Notes under the pieces: generated by a model
Told to the model about the DNA's origin: nothing
What the model saw: only the letters and a program-made list of their open reading frames with translations
The model's database searches: none
Source of the DNA: Spirochaetia bacterium
Lineage (GTDB): Bacteria; Spirochaetota; Spirochaetia; CADAEX01
Direction of reading: 5' to 3'
DNA length: 36,759 nucleotides
Assembly (NCBI GenBank): GCA_963662265.2
Contig: CAXXHA010000040.1
Span: forward strand, 1 to 36,759
In this document: piece by piece, positions 1-9,777 of the stretch
How positions within the stretch are numbered: the stretch's first letter is position 1
Layout: every line of letters begins with the position of its first letter
Translations under genes and position numbers: made by a program

Positions 1-1
1 T

Positions 2-787
2 AATGCATGGTGGAAACAGGACAGGGAATTTGCTTCATTCAACGGTCCTGTCCTTATGACAACAAACTGCATTGTTCCGGTAAAGGATGCATACAAAGAC
101 AGGATTTTTACAACAGGCATGGCAGGATACCCCGGTGTTTCTCATATCAAGGCAGATAAAAACGGAAACAAGGATTTTTCAGGAATCATTGAACTTGCAA
201 AAACATGCGATGCTCCGGTTGAAATTGAAACAGGATCAATTACAGGAGGTTTTGCACATAACCAGGTGCTTGCTCTTGCAGATAAAGTGGTTGATGCTGT
301 TAAATCAGGCGCTATAAAACGCTTTGTTGTAATGGCAGGGTGTGACGGTAGACAGAAGGGCAGGAGCTATTTTACTGATGTTGCTGAAAACCTTCCTGAT
401 GGTACAGTCATTCTTACTGCAGGGTGTGCCAAATACAGATATAACAAACTTAAGCTTGGTGATATCGGCGGTATTCCGAGAGTCCTTGATGCGGGGCAGT
501 GCAATGATTCGTATTCACTTGCTGTTATTGCTCTGAAGCTTCAGGAGGTCTTCGGTCTTGAATCACTCAATGATCTGCCACTCTCTTTTGATATAGCATG
601 GTATGAACAGAAAGCTGTTGCTGTACTTCTTGCACTTCTTCATCTGGGGGTGAAGGGAATAAGGCTTGGGCCGACTCTTCCCGCATTCCTCTCTCCAAAC
701 GTTGCTAAAGTGCTTGTTGAAAACTTTGATATCAAGGCAACTGGTGATGTCAAAGAAGATATAGAAAACATGATGGCTGGAAAATAA
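2..787 (+). CDS. hcp: Hydroxylamine reductase / hybrid cluster protein, 5'-truncated by the window edge
   Basis: Frame is open from position 2 ([10 protein letters not shown]...MTTNC). Hcp C-terminal motifs [30 protein letters not shown] and [10 protein letters not shown] are present. Confidence 0.95.
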   Translation, partial: NAWWKQDREFASFNGPVLMTTNCIVPVKDAYKDRIFTTGMAGYPGVSHIKADKNGNKDFSGIIELAKTCDAPVEIETGSITGGFAHNQVLALADKVVDAVKSGAIKRFVVMAGCDGRQKGRSYFTDVAENLPDGTVILTAGCAKYRYNKLKLGDIGGIPRVLDAGQCNDSYSLAVIALKLQEVFGLESLNDLPLSFDIAWYEQKAVAVLLALLHLGVKGIRLGPTLPAFLSPNVAKVLVENFDIKATGDVKEDIENMMAGK

Positions 788-837
788 AAACAGATTTTCT
801 TATGCCGCTCGGCTGAAGATAGACTGAAGTATCATTT

Positions 838-871
838 AGACTGTCTGGAAATGTTTTCCAGGCAGTTTTTA
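838..871 (+). terminator. Probable intrinsic terminator of hcp
   Basis: Stem ACTGTCTGGAAA / TTTCCAGGCAGT (one G-U pair) followed by a T run. Confidence 0.6.
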
Positions 872-987
872 TCAGACAGAACGGGTGGCCATCTGTAGTT
901 TATAATTAAAAATTATAGCTGAATTAAAATTGTTAACCTGGAAAATTGGGAAATTATCTGGCTGAAGGGCTGATATTTTGAACAGGT

Positions 988-1479
988 TCAGCTTATCCTG
1001 TTGAACATTGTTACATTGATCAGAAAAGGTCCGTATGATGTTGAATAGGGAATTCCTATTATCGGGGCATTTTCAGGCCATGCTATTGAGTGATTTTCCC
1101 CCTGAACGACAAATGGCACAGACACCTTGATATTGTAACCGGAAAGCTGTGATGATGCATTGCCTGCAATTATATTTACCAGTTCTCCAACCATTCCGTT
1201 TGTCAGTTCATCTCTTTCCTCATCACTTTCATATAGAATACCTGATTTCTCAAGCAGTTTTACAGACAGATACCTGGACAGTCTTATTGCGACTATACCT
1301 ATTGCAGATCCTGTAAGTATCATTACTCCTGATACTTCCCATCTGTGCTTTATCTGGTCATCTACAATAAAGAGATTCCCTGCTTTTGGATTCATATCAA
1401 AAGTTGATCCGAATAATCTGCCTGTGGATTCGAGAAAGGGATTGATATACTCTGCTTTCAAGGCATTGACTGTTATCAT
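988..1479 (-). CDS. cheX: Chemotaxis phosphatase CheX
   Basis: N-terminal EYINPF, catalytic GELVNIIAGN (E-x-x-N) motif and SVPFVVQG; 163 aa. Confidence 0.85.
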   Translation of the reverse strand: MITVNALKAEYINPFLESTGRLFGSTFDMNPKAGNLFIVDDQIKHRWEVSGVMILTGSAIGIVAIRLSRYLSVKLLEKSGILYESDEERDELTNGMVGELVNIIAGNASSQLSGYNIKVSVPFVVQGENHSIAWPENAPIIGIPYSTSYGPFLINVTMFNRIS

Positions 1480-1486
1480 TTACAAA

Positions 1487-1515
1487 ATGATATGACAGCT
1501 TTTTTTATATGGCAA
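1487..1515 (-). promoter_or_regulatory. Sigma70-type promoter of cheX, possibly leaderless
   Basis: TTGCCA-N17-TATCAT on the minus strand, 7 nt before the ATG, with no SD. Confidence 0.55.
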
Positions 1516-1746
1516 CAAAAAAAAATATATTGTATAAAAACATCCTGTTTTACATTGTTTGTCAGATACACCTGTATTTGAAGCTGTTTGCCATCTCCTG
1601 ACCAATCACCTGAAAAGCCGGAGCAATGAAATTTTTCCTTAAATTATTCACTTGGTACTTCCTCCGTCCCCCGTGCCAGATGCCGGCACTTCTGTTTTCT
1701 GCCGGATAGATCAGTCAAAGGGCTGATAACCTGATCTTAATCACAC

Positions 1747-1779
1747 AAAAAAAGGCAGACAGTTATAATACTGTCTGCC
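1747..1779 (-). terminator. Intrinsic terminator of the rbr-dfx-rub-fprA operon
   Basis: Perfect 10-bp stem GGCAGACAGT/ACTGTCTGCC followed by T7 on the minus strand. Confidence 0.85.
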
Positions 1780-1826
1780 CTTGAATAAATCATACATCCG
1801 CTTATTACCGGATGATATAATTCCTG

Positions 1827-3041
1827 TTATTCTGTTTTTATGAGTCTTGCAAGTTCAGCACCTCTTTCAAAAGCCACCTTGTGAACTTCTTCGTCTGCCA
1901 TTCCCTGCCACTCAAGGGGTTCGATAAAATCCCACTTCATTGATTCTGTAGTTGCATCGAAATCTTTCTTTGCTCCTCCAACCCATCCGTAGGAACCGAA
2001 CCTGAATACTTTTTTGTTTATAATATGCTTTACCTTGAACATGTTGAGTACGCTTGCAATTGCAGGGTACATTTTATATTCATAAGTCGGCATACCGAAA
2101 ACCAGTCCCCTGGATTTCCATGCAGAAGCAAGGGCCCATGATACATCTTCATCCGGTACTTTATGGATATGAACTGGTACTGACTCAGATCTTATTCCTT
2201 TTACAACAGAGTGGAGAATTTTTTCTGTATTACCATACATACTTCCCCATATCACTGTAATTTCAGGTTCTGCAGGACCATTCATGTATGACGCAAATTT
2301 CCTGTATCTTTCAACTATTACCTCAGGATTCTCTCTCCAGATAATACCGTGTGATGGTGCAATCATTGTTATTTTCAGGTCTTTTAGCTTTTCAATTGCT
2401 CGCTGAACAAAAGTTGAAAAACTTCCCACAATGTTTGCATAGTATCTCAGTGATTCCCTGTCGAAGAAATCATGCTGTTCATCTGAAAGCTGATCATCGA
2501 AAACCGCATTCCCAATTGATCCGTAGGAACCGAAAGCATCACAGGAAAAGAGAATTCCTGAGTTTTTTTCATAGGTAACCATTGTTTCCGGCCAGTGAAC
2601 ATTCGGAATATTGTCAAACAGAAGCTCTTTGCCTTTTCCAAGATCAAGAGTTTCTCCCGGTTCAATAACTTTTATGTTCTCTGTTATACCGAAAAAGCCG
2701 TTAAGAAAAGCTGCTCCTTTTGCATTCACAACTATTTCTGTTTCAGGTGATCCCTTTATGAATTCCAGGATCCATCCTGTGTGGTCAGGCTCCATATGGT
2801 TGAGAATAAGATAATCAATCTCATCAAATGAAAGCGGAATTGAAGCAAGCTGTTTACTGATATTTGACGGGGCATCATCCCAGTCTCTTACCAGATCAAT
2901 CAGAGCTTTCTTTTCCCCTATTACAGCATAGCAGTTTAGAGAAACTCCGTCCGGAATCGGCCAAAGCCCTTCGAACCGGTCGCCGTTCTCAATATTCGCG
3001 CCTAATCTGTATATACCTTCTGACAGTTCAACTGCATTCAT
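1827..3041 (-). CDS. fprA: FprA family A-type flavoprotein (flavodiiron O2/NO reductase)
   Basis: Metallo-beta-lactamase motifs NHMEPDH, VHWPE, FSCDAFG and PSHG, followed by a flavodoxin domain (SMYGNT, FGSYGW). Confidence 0.92.
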   Translation of the reverse strand: MNAVELSEGIYRLGANIENGDRFEGLWPIPDGVSLNCYAVIGEKKALIDLVRDWDDAPSNISKQLASIPLSFDEIDYLILNHMEPDHTGWILEFIKGSPETEIVVNAKGAAFLNGFFGITENIKVIEPGETLDLGKGKELLFDNIPNVHWPETMVTYEKNSGILFSCDAFGSYGSIGNAVFDDQLSDEQHDFFDRESLRYYANIVGSFSTFVQRAIEKLKDLKITMIAPSHGIIWRENPEVIVERYRKFASYMNGPAEPEITVIWGSMYGNTEKILHSVVKGIRSESVPVHIHKVPDEDVSWALASAWKSRGLVFGMPTYEYKMYPAIASVLNMFKVKHIINKKVFRFGSYGWVGGAKKDFDATTESMKWDFIEPLEWQGMADEEVHKVAFERGAELARLIKTE

Positions 3042-3047
3042 TATAAA

Positions 3048-3206
3048 TTAACCCTCCGGAGAAAAATCCTCTTTTGATGCTCCGCAGAGAGGACAAACCC
3101 AGTCATCGGGAAGGTCTTCGAATGCTGTACCCGGTTCTATTCCGTTGTCAGGGTCCCCTGCAGCTGGATCGTAAACATATCCGCATAAATCACACACATA
3201 TTTCAT
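3048..3206 (-). CDS. rub: Rubredoxin (52 aa, absent from the supplied ORF track)
   Basis: Hand translation [52 protein letters not shown] with two CxxC motifs. The ATG overlaps the dfx stop (TAATG). Confidence 0.96.
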   Translation of the reverse strand: MKYVCDLCGYVYDPAAGDPDNGIEPGTAFEDLPDDWVCPLCGASKEDFSPEG

Positions 3207-3586
3207 TAATTTTCTCCTTTCCAGAAACCATGCTTGTTGCAGTGTTCTCTGGCTTTTATTTTATCAGCTTTTACGCAGAATTCTGCGACCGGCTGATCAC
3301 CCGGTTTTAAAAATTTTATATAGGATTTGTCTTCTGTTAGAAGTTCAATCCATTCAATATAATGGTCTTCTTCCATCGGATGAAGAGTGCTGCCAACAGT
3401 AACTCTGTAGCCCTCTGCTGTTTTTTTAACAACAGGTACATGTTTTTCTGTGGCAGAATCTGCTGTTTTTTCAGGCAGAAGAAGCATTGCCTGTCCGCAG
3501 CAGAAAAGAATGCCTTCTCTTCCCCTGAGGACTTCTACTATGTTTCCGCATTTGGCACATTTGTAAACCTGTTTCTGTTCAGCCAT
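3206..3586 (-). CDS. dfx: Desulfoferrodoxin (superoxide reductase)
   Basis: N-terminal CxxCGN...CCG centre I and centre II ligands [17 protein letters not shown] and CNKHG. Confidence 0.95.
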   Translation of the reverse strand: MAEQKQVYKCAKCGNIVEVLRGREGILFCCGQAMLLLPEKTADSATEKHVPVVKKTAEGYRVTVGSTLHPMEEDHYIEWIELLTEDKSYIKFLKPGDQPVAEFCVKADKIKAREHCNKHGFWKGEN

Positions 3587-3606
3587 ATGAAAGCAAACTC
3601 CTGCTG

Positions 3607-4182
3607 CTACCAGTTTTCACCGAGAAGTTCGAAATGAGCTTTCGGGTGAAGACATGCAGGACATACATCTGGGGCTTCTGTTCCTTCATGAAGATATCCG
3701 CAGTTTCTGCATCTCCAGACAACAGTGTTTCCTCTCTTGAAAACAGTTCCGTTTTCAAGGTTTTTCATAAGGTCTTTATATCTTTTTTCATGCTGTTTCT
3801 CAGCAATTGAGATTGCTTCAAATGCTTTTGCAACAACATCAAAACCTTCTTCCCTTGCTTTTGCTGCAAATGCAGGGTAGAGATCTGTCCACTCGTGATT
3901 TTCGCCAGCTGCTGCATTTTTAAGGTTTGTAAGTGTATCTTCCTCTTTTCCTGCAGGGAATGATGCGGTAATTTCACATTCACCGCCTTCGAGAAACCTG
4001 AAAAACCTTTTTGCATGTTCTTTTTCCTGGTTTGCTGTTTCTTCAAAGATATCTGCAATCTGTACATAGCCTTCTTTTTTAGCTATAGATGCAAACATGT
4101 TATATCTGTTTCTTGCCTGGGATTCACCTGCAAAAGCACCCATAAGGTTTTTTTCAGTTTCAGTCCCTTTTATGCTTTTCAT
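3607..4182 (-). CDS. rbr: Rubrerythrin
   Basis: [16 protein letters not shown] and EKQH diiron motifs, with a C-terminal CRNCGY...CPAC rubredoxin-like domain. Confidence 0.95.
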   Translation of the reverse strand: MKSIKGTETEKNLMGAFAGESQARNRYNMFASIAKKEGYVQIADIFEETANQEKEHAKRFFRFLEGGECEITASFPAGKEEDTLTNLKNAAAGENHEWTDLYPAFAAKAREEGFDVVAKAFEAISIAEKQHEKRYKDLMKNLENGTVFKRGNTVVWRCRNCGYLHEGTEAPDVCPACLHPKAHFELLGENW

Positions 4183-4197
4183 AAAAACTCCTTTAAT

Positions 4198-4246
4198 AAT
4201 AGTAATGATTCTTGATAAGAATAGGTTTTAATGATTTTTATGTCAA
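4198..4246 (-). promoter_or_regulatory. rbr operon promoter with an adjacent Per/Fur-box-like operator
   Basis: TTGACA(4246-4241)-N17-TATTCT(4223-4218). The imperfect 19-bp dyad AATAGTAATGATTCTTGAT at 4198-4216 lies over the expected start site. Confidence 0.7.
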
Positions 4247-4441
4247 TAATGAATAAGTACATTATCTTTTAACAGTATAATAACTGATAGATCTGATTAC
4301 AACTTTTATTTTCATGAAATTATATTATAACAGAATATTCTATTATTCCTGTAAGGAATGTATAGAAACTTTCATGTAACCCATTGTATTAAAAAACATG
4401 GATGAATGTTCTTTCAACTTAGATAATACAGCTTCAGGACA

Positions 4442-5242
4442 TCACCAGTCAAACTGGTTATACAGCTCATCATAAGTCAGGTCGGGATGTATTCCCAGCC
4501 GTGTGAGGCTGAAGTCAAATCTGACAGGATCTTTATTATCAAATGTTTTAAGATTCTCCGTGATTTCCAGGGCGCTTTTCATGTCTGCGTTTTTTCTTGT
4601 AACAAATCCCAGAATAGAGCTTATCTGCATCATGTGTGTATCAAGCGGTACAATAAGTACTGACGGATCAATCCCTTCCCAGCCTCCTGGATCGATACTG
4701 TCGTTTCTGATCATCCACCTCAGAAACAGGTTGAGTCTTTTACATGCACTTCCTTTTGAAGGATCCGGCAGCAGTCTGTAGCGTGAAGTTGAACTGCTGT
4801 TTATTATCCCGGCAAACAATGATAATGCATTTACAATATCATTATCTGCTTTTCTGAGTGAATAAATAAAAAGATGATTCAGAGAACCGTATTCTGTGAT
4901 TGCTTTTTTTATTGCTGTAAGAAATTCTGTCACAGATAAGGAGTCGTAAAACCTGTATTTGAAACAGCTGAATAACTTTACAATCTCGCTGTCTGTCATT
5001 TCTTTGAGATTTTCAGAAGGGGAGGGCAGTTTATCAAGAAGCTCTTTAACAGCTCTCAGTATCATGTTTACCCGTCCTGTTGCAAGAGATGCTGCTATAA
5101 TGCCTGCAATTTCCCTGTCTGCCGGATCCGGGTAATTCAGTAGGAATTCCAGAGGATCCGGATGGATAAATTCAGGTTTATGGTATTTGTTATAAATTGA
5201 TTCTAGAAGAAAGGAGAGATTTTTTTCTTTTTCCCGGTTCAT
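4442..5242 (-). CDS. TIGR02757/DUF2400 family protein
   Basis: Motifs DPLEF, SACKRLNLFLRWMIR, PLDTH and DPVRFDFSL are characteristic of this family. Confidence 0.85.
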   Translation of the reverse strand: MNREKEKNLSFLLESIYNKYHKPEFIHPDPLEFLLNYPDPADREIAGIIAASLATGRVNMILRAVKELLDKLPSPSENLKEMTDSEIVKLFSCFKYRFYDSLSVTEFLTAIKKAITEYGSLNHLFIYSLRKADNDIVNALSLFAGIINSSSTSRYRLLPDPSKGSACKRLNLFLRWMIRNDSIDPGGWEGIDPSVLIVPLDTHMMQISSILGFVTRKNADMKSALEITENLKTFDNKDPVRFDFSLTRLGIHPDLTYDELYNQFDW

Positions 5243-5255
5243 TTCAGATAGTCAG

Positions 5256-5642
5256 CTATTCTTTTTTCTGTCTGCATTCTGAACAGTAGCCTGAATATTC
5301 AAGAGTAGCACCTGTAATAATTCTCTCTGACACCCAATCTTCTGATTCCGGCAGGTCCGGCACTGCAATATCAAGGGGAATATCTTCGACTTTACCGCAG
5401 GACAGGCACCTGAAATGGGGATGAGGTTCTGCTGTAGGATCAAATCTGTTATGACCGGTTCCTGATTCAATTTTCAGAATTGTTCCCGAATCAGCCAGCT
5501 TTTCCAGGTTTCTGTAAACTGTACCCAGACTGATTTTAGGCATTAATTCCCTGACTTCAGAATAAATAACATCGGCACCGGGATGGTCTTTATGTTTTTT
5601 AAGCTGTTCAAGAATAACCTTTCGCTGTTTTGTTATTCTCAT
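5256..5642 (-). CDS. perR: Fur-family regulator, probably PerR
   Basis: MRITKQR, HP-A, ISLGTVYRNL, HPHFRCxxC and C-terminal CxxC motifs. Start moved to the ATG at 5642, which has a GGAG SD. PerR identity is inferred from the neighbouring rbr operon. Confidence 0.8.
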   Translation of the reverse strand: MRITKQRKVILEQLKKHKDHPGADVIYSEVRELMPKISLGTVYRNLEKLADSGTILKIESGTGHNRFDPTAEPHPHFRCLSCGKVEDIPLDIAVPDLPESEDWVSERIITGATLEYSGYCSECRQKKE

Positions 5643-5844
5643 ATTATCTCCATTTAAAATATTTGCAATACAGAGAGTGGTATATATAACTCTTTTTCTC
5701 TCAGACAATAAATACAGTTTTTCTGTATATATGATTGTTTAATCAGTTTAAGGTTTCGGAAGGAACTTTAAACAGGGACACGATCCTTTAATTAATAATA
5801 TCTGATATTTAATTAGTCAACCTCCAGAAAAGCAGGTCTGCTTT

Positions 5845-5887
5845 AAAAAGAAAGACCCGGTCAGTAAAAACAGCCCGGGTCCTTTTC
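5845..5887 (-). terminator. Intrinsic terminator downstream of the flavodoxin-family gene
   Basis: GACCCGG...CCGGGTC stem followed by TTTCTTTTT on the minus strand. Confidence 0.65.
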
Positions 5888-5926
5888 TGTTGAAATATTT
5901 ATTATTTGAGAGTTAAATAGCAAATG

Positions 5927-6478
5927 CTACATTTTATCAGCTGCAGATGCTGCAATATTCATTATATCTTCTTTATTCTTTACTTCTCCCGGAATTTCAA
6001 CACTGTGAGCGACAATTGAATCAGTAATCTCGATATTGAGTGATTCAATTCTTTTTTTCACATTTGCATAGCATTCAGCATACGCATTTTCATCTGTATG
6101 TCCCTGAGAGAAAACAAGTATTCCCTTTTTACCGGCTGCAAGCCTTGAATTTCTTCCTGAATCCTTGAGTGAATACATCCTGTCCATGAATATTTTAAGC
6201 TGGCCTGATACGCATCCCATGTAATTCGGAGCTCCCACTATGATTCTGTCAGCTGATTTCATTTTTTCAAGCAGTCCGGAAATATCATCATCGATAATGC
6301 ATTTTTCCCCTTTAGTTCTGCAGTATTTACATGCCTGGCACCCTTTGAGCATAAGATTATTTAATCTGACAAATTCTGTTTCATAGTTTTTTGCTTCAAG
6401 TTTTTCCAGTATTGCTTTTATAACTGTTTCGCTGTTCCCCTCTTTCCTCGGGCTTCCTGAAATAGCAAGGACTTTCAA
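5927..6478 (-). CDS. Flavodoxin-like NAD(P)H-dependent FMN reductase / iron-sulfur flavoprotein family
   Basis: GSPRKEGNS, CxxCxxC...C cluster and P-Y...LK-FMDR motifs. TTG start with an AGGAG SD. Confidence 0.85.
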   Translation of the reverse strand: MKVLAISGSPRKEGNSETVIKAILEKLEAKNYETEFVRLNNLMLKGCQACKYCRTKGEKCIIDDDISGLLEKMKSADRIIVGAPNYMGCVSGQLKIFMDRMYSLKDSGRNSRLAAGKKGILVFSQGHTDENAYAECYANVKKRIESLNIEITDSIVAHSVEIPGEVKNKEDIMNIAASAADKM

Positions 6479-6761
6479 TATTCTCTCCTGTAAATAATTT
6501 TTAATGAGGGCTGTGATGCCTCTTTAGAATGTAGATACTATATTTTATGACCTGATAAGTAAATAGATAAAATGCCCCCAGGTAAAGCATGCCTTTTGGC
6601 TCCAGCGTGTACTCTGGGTGCAGAGTCGCACTTCTCATACTTCAGAGACAGAAAAATAGCATCATCCCGGGGCATTGTGCAGAGAAGAAGCCCCCCCATA
6701 CCCCGGGGACTGGGGAATCATGACTGTCTTAAAAAGAACACACTGTGATGCAGATAAGAAT

Positions 6762-6805
6762 AAAAATGCCCCGGCGTTAGACTTCAACAGCTTTTCCCCG
6801 GGGCA
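6762..6805 (-). terminator. Probable deoC terminator
   Basis: TGCCCCGG/CCGGGGCA stem with a large loop, followed by T5 on the minus strand. Confidence 0.55.
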
Positions 6806-6899
6806 CGTATGCATGGGTAAGATGTACCAGGATGTAACGTCCTTAAACCGGTAATATATCCGGCACCTGAAATAAATATTACAGCAGCTGATTTTTTAA

Positions 6900-7583
6900 T
6901 CAGTATGCTGATTTACCTTCTCCGCCTGCAACAATTGCAATACCGGAGCTTGTTCCAAGCCTTTCAGCCCCTGCATTTATCATTTTCACTGCATCTTCGT
7001 AGCTTCTGACTCCTCCTGAAGCCTTGACTTTGACTCTTTCTGATACTGAAGCTCTCATCAGCGCTACATCTTCTGCAGTAGCCCCTGCTGTTGAAAATCC
7101 TGTAGATGTCTTGACGAAATCCGCACCTGCTTTTTCCGCAATCCTGCATGCTGTCTTCTTTTCTTCATCAGTAAGAAGAGCTGTTTCTATAATAACTTTG
7201 AGGATAATGCCTTCCCCGCAGCTTTTTCTGACACTTCTGATATCTTCTTCGAATTCATCGAGTTTACCTTCTTTGAGAAAACCGATATTTATCACCATGT
7301 CAATTTCTGTTGCACCTTCCGATACAGCAATGGAAGCTTCGAATCCCTTTGCTTCGCTGTTCATCGCGCCAAGCGGAAATCCTACAACAGAGCATATTTT
7401 CACACTGCTTCCTTTCAGCTGTTCAGAAGCAAGCATAACTCTTGAGGAATTTACACATACTGAACAGAAATTGTGTTCAATTGCCTCTCTGCATAGCTTT
7501 ATTATATCTTTTTCAGTCGCATCTGCCTTGAGTATTGTATGGTCGATATATGAAGAAAGGTTTTCAATATTTACTGCAGCCAT
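6900..7583 (-). CDS. deoC: Deoxyribose-phosphate aldolase
   Basis: IDHT-LK, VVGFPLG, EIDMV, KVIIET, DFVKTSTGF, KASGG and R-GTS motifs. Confidence 0.97.
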   Translation of the reverse strand: MAAVNIENLSSYIDHTILKADATEKDIIKLCREAIEHNFCSVCVNSSRVMLASEQLKGSSVKICSVVGFPLGAMNSEAKGFEASIAVSEGATEIDMVINIGFLKEGKLDEFEEDIRSVRKSCGEGIILKVIIETALLTDEEKKTACRIAEKAGADFVKTSTGFSTAGATAEDVALMRASVSERVKVKASGGVRSYEDAVKMINAGAERLGTSSGIAIVAGGEGKSAY

Positions 7584-7655
7584 TTCTACCTCCTGGTACT
7601 TTATATTTTATCTGGTTCCGGATTTCTTATTTTTTAATTCCGGTATAACAGTTAA

Positions 7656-7684
7656 ATGATAGTAAAAAAATCTCTGCAGAGCAA
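7656..7684 (-). promoter_or_regulatory. Sigma70-type promoter of deoC
   Basis: TTGCTC-N17-TATCAT on the minus strand. Confidence 0.5.
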
Positions 7685-7822
7685 GAGCGGGAAAACATGA
7701 TAGCTGAATGTTCAGTTTTTAATGCTAATTAAACATATTTTTTCTGTCAGCAGGTATCAGGGATTATTTTGATTTACAATAACTGTTAAACTGTATATAG
7801 AAAAAGATTTTGGTGGATTATT

Positions 7823-9040
7823 ATGAAAAATAGACTTGAAAGTCATGTTTTTGATCTTCCTGTAAATGAACTCAGACGGGGTTACAGGAGTGATATATAT
7901 TTCTGGCGTGAAAAGCGGGCTCTTGAGAGACACGGGATTGAACCTGAAGTTATGATGCAGGTTTTTCAGAAAAATAATGCTGTTATATGCGGTATTGATG
8001 AATGCCTGGCTGTGTTGAAGGTTGCATCCGGAAGATACTCCGATTATGAAAGAGCATATAAGCTTTTTGACCGTTTTATCGAACTGAAGAAGGACGCAAG
8101 GCAGTATTTTTCAGAAGACAGGAAAAAATACATAGAGATACTTAGCCGGAAGATGGATATAGGGGAGGAGCTTGATTCTCTCTGGGAAGATGAATTCGGA
8201 AATCTTGATATAAAAACACTCTATGATGGAGATAATATCGATCCCTGGGAAAGCGTTATGCATATCAGGGGCAAGGTGACATCATTTGCCCATCTTGAGA
8301 CAATATACCTGGGAATACTTGCAAGAAGAACAAGGGTTGCGACGAATGTCAGACGTGTAGTTGAGGCGGCAGAAGGAGTCCCTGTTTTATATTTTCCTGC
8401 ACGTTTTGATCACTGGGAAGTTCAGGGCGGAGACGGTTATGCCGCCTACATAGGGGGTGCTGCCGGTGTTTCGACCCTTGCGCAGGGTGAATGGTGGGGG
8501 GCAAAAGCTTCAGGCACAGTTCCCCATTCAATGATTGCTTCGCTCGGCGGAAATACTGTTGAGGCTGTAAAGGTTTTTGGCGAAAGCTATCCAGAGACAA
8601 ATCTTGTTGCTCTTGTTGACTTTGATAATGACTGTGTCTCTACAGCTCTTCAGTGTGCGGAATCACTTGGGGATAAACTATGGGGTGTGAGGCTTGATAC
8701 ATCTGAAAAAATGGTTGATAAATCAATTTTCAGTAAAATGGGTAATTTTAAACCCTCCGGTGTAATCCCTGAGCTTGTATTTATGACAAGGGAGGCTCTT
8801 GATAAAAAAGGATTCAGCAATGTGAAGATAGTTGTGTCAGGAGGGTTTACACCTGATAAGATCAGAGATTTTGTAAGCAGAAAAGCTCCTGTGGATGCCT
8901 ACGGGATTGGAAGTTATCTGCTTCAGGGTAATTACGATTATACTGCTGATATTGTAACGGTTAACGGTAAACCCTGTGCAAAAAAGGGCCGCATGTTCAA
9001 GGCTAATCCGCGTCTTCACTCTTTTCAGGAGAAAATGTAA
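7823..9040 (+). CDS. pncB: Nicotinate phosphoribosyltransferase-like type II PRTase
   Basis: D-YF, GTVPHS, LVDFDND, GVRLDTS, IVVSGGF and YTAD motifs; adjacent to a nicotinamidase gene. Confidence 0.82.
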   Translation: MKNRLESHVFDLPVNELRRGYRSDIYFWREKRALERHGIEPEVMMQVFQKNNAVICGIDECLAVLKVASGRYSDYERAYKLFDRFIELKKDARQYFSEDRKKYIEILSRKMDIGEELDSLWEDEFGNLDIKTLYDGDNIDPWESVMHIRGKVTSFAHLETIYLGILARRTRVATNVRRVVEAAEGVPVLYFPARFDHWEVQGGDGYAAYIGGAAGVSTLAQGEWWGAKASGTVPHSMIASLGGNTVEAVKVFGESYPETNLVALVDFDNDCVSTALQCAESLGDKLWGVRLDTSEKMVDKSIFSKMGNFKPSGVIPELVFMTREALDKKGFSNVKIVVSGGFTPDKIRDFVSRKAPVDAYGIGSYLLQGNYDYTADIVTVNGKPCAKKGRMFKANPRLHSFQEKM

Positions 9041-9151
9041 TTATTTTCCTGGTTTTTTTAAGGCGAAAAACTGTTTAAACTGTTAAGATAATTATTAACT
9101 GTTCAGGTAATAATGTTGAATATTGTGATTAAGAATATATAGGAGTTCAAA

Positions 9152-9715
9152 ATGAGTTCAGACTGCAGTAAAGCATTGATAGTTGTAGACATGCAGAATG
9201 ATTTCTGTCCGGGAGGTGCTCTTGCTGTTCCTGAAGGAGACAAGATTATTTCAGATATCAATAAACTTGTCATTGATTTTGTGAAAGAGGGATGTCCTGT
9301 AATTTTTACACGTGACTGGCATCCGAGGAATCACTGTTCCTTTTCGGAAAACGGAGGGATGTGGCCTGTTCACTGTGTTGCCGAGACTGAAGGCGCTGCG
9401 TTTCACAGGGAGCTTTTCATTCCTGATGCTGCTATTATTATATCCAAGGCACACCGTCCTTTTCCTGATGCATATTCAGGGTTTCAGGGTACAGATCTTG
9501 AACATATTCTCAAGTTAAACGGGGTGACAGAGGTTGCTGTATGCGGCCTTGCAACTGATTACTGTGTAAAGGCAACAGCAATTGATGCGCTTGATGCAGG
9601 GTTCATTGTTGCTGTTTTTGAGAATGCTGTGAAAGCTGTAAATGTGAATCCGGATGACGGGGAAGAAGCGTTAAAAGAAATGAAAAGCAGGGGAATTGCT
9701 GTTGAAGTGATTTAA
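9152..9715 (+). CDS. pncA: Nicotinamidase / pyrazinamidase
   Basis: VDMQNDFCPGG-L, DWHP, WPVHCV, YSGF and GLATDYCV motifs. Confidence 0.93.
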   Translation: MSSDCSKALIVVDMQNDFCPGGALAVPEGDKIISDINKLVIDFVKEGCPVIFTRDWHPRNHCSFSENGGMWPVHCVAETEGAAFHRELFIPDAAIIISKAHRPFPDAYSGFQGTDLEHILKLNGVTEVAVCGLATDYCVKATAIDALDAGFIVAVFENAVKAVNVNPDDGEEALKEMKSRGIAVEVI

Positions 9716-9777
9716 TATAAAGGCAAGATCTGTTGAAGCTTTTTATATGTGAAATTATGTTATCGCTGCCTTTTGTT

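Noticed and set aside
1626-1709. 27-codon hydrophobic ORF MKFFLKLFTWYFLRPP... on the + strand
   Set aside because: GGAG is only 2 nt from the ATG, and there is no promoter or other support.
4349-4360. CTGTAAGGAATG matching the family B element
   Set aside because: Only 12 nt, and the flanking hairpins are absent.
7024-7659. 211-aa + strand ORF, and similar long antisense ORFs at 19914, 26675 and 32498
   Set aside because: These are antisense shadows of well-supported genes (deoC, NMO/FabK, pgi, argB) with Ser/Ile-rich composition and no motifs.
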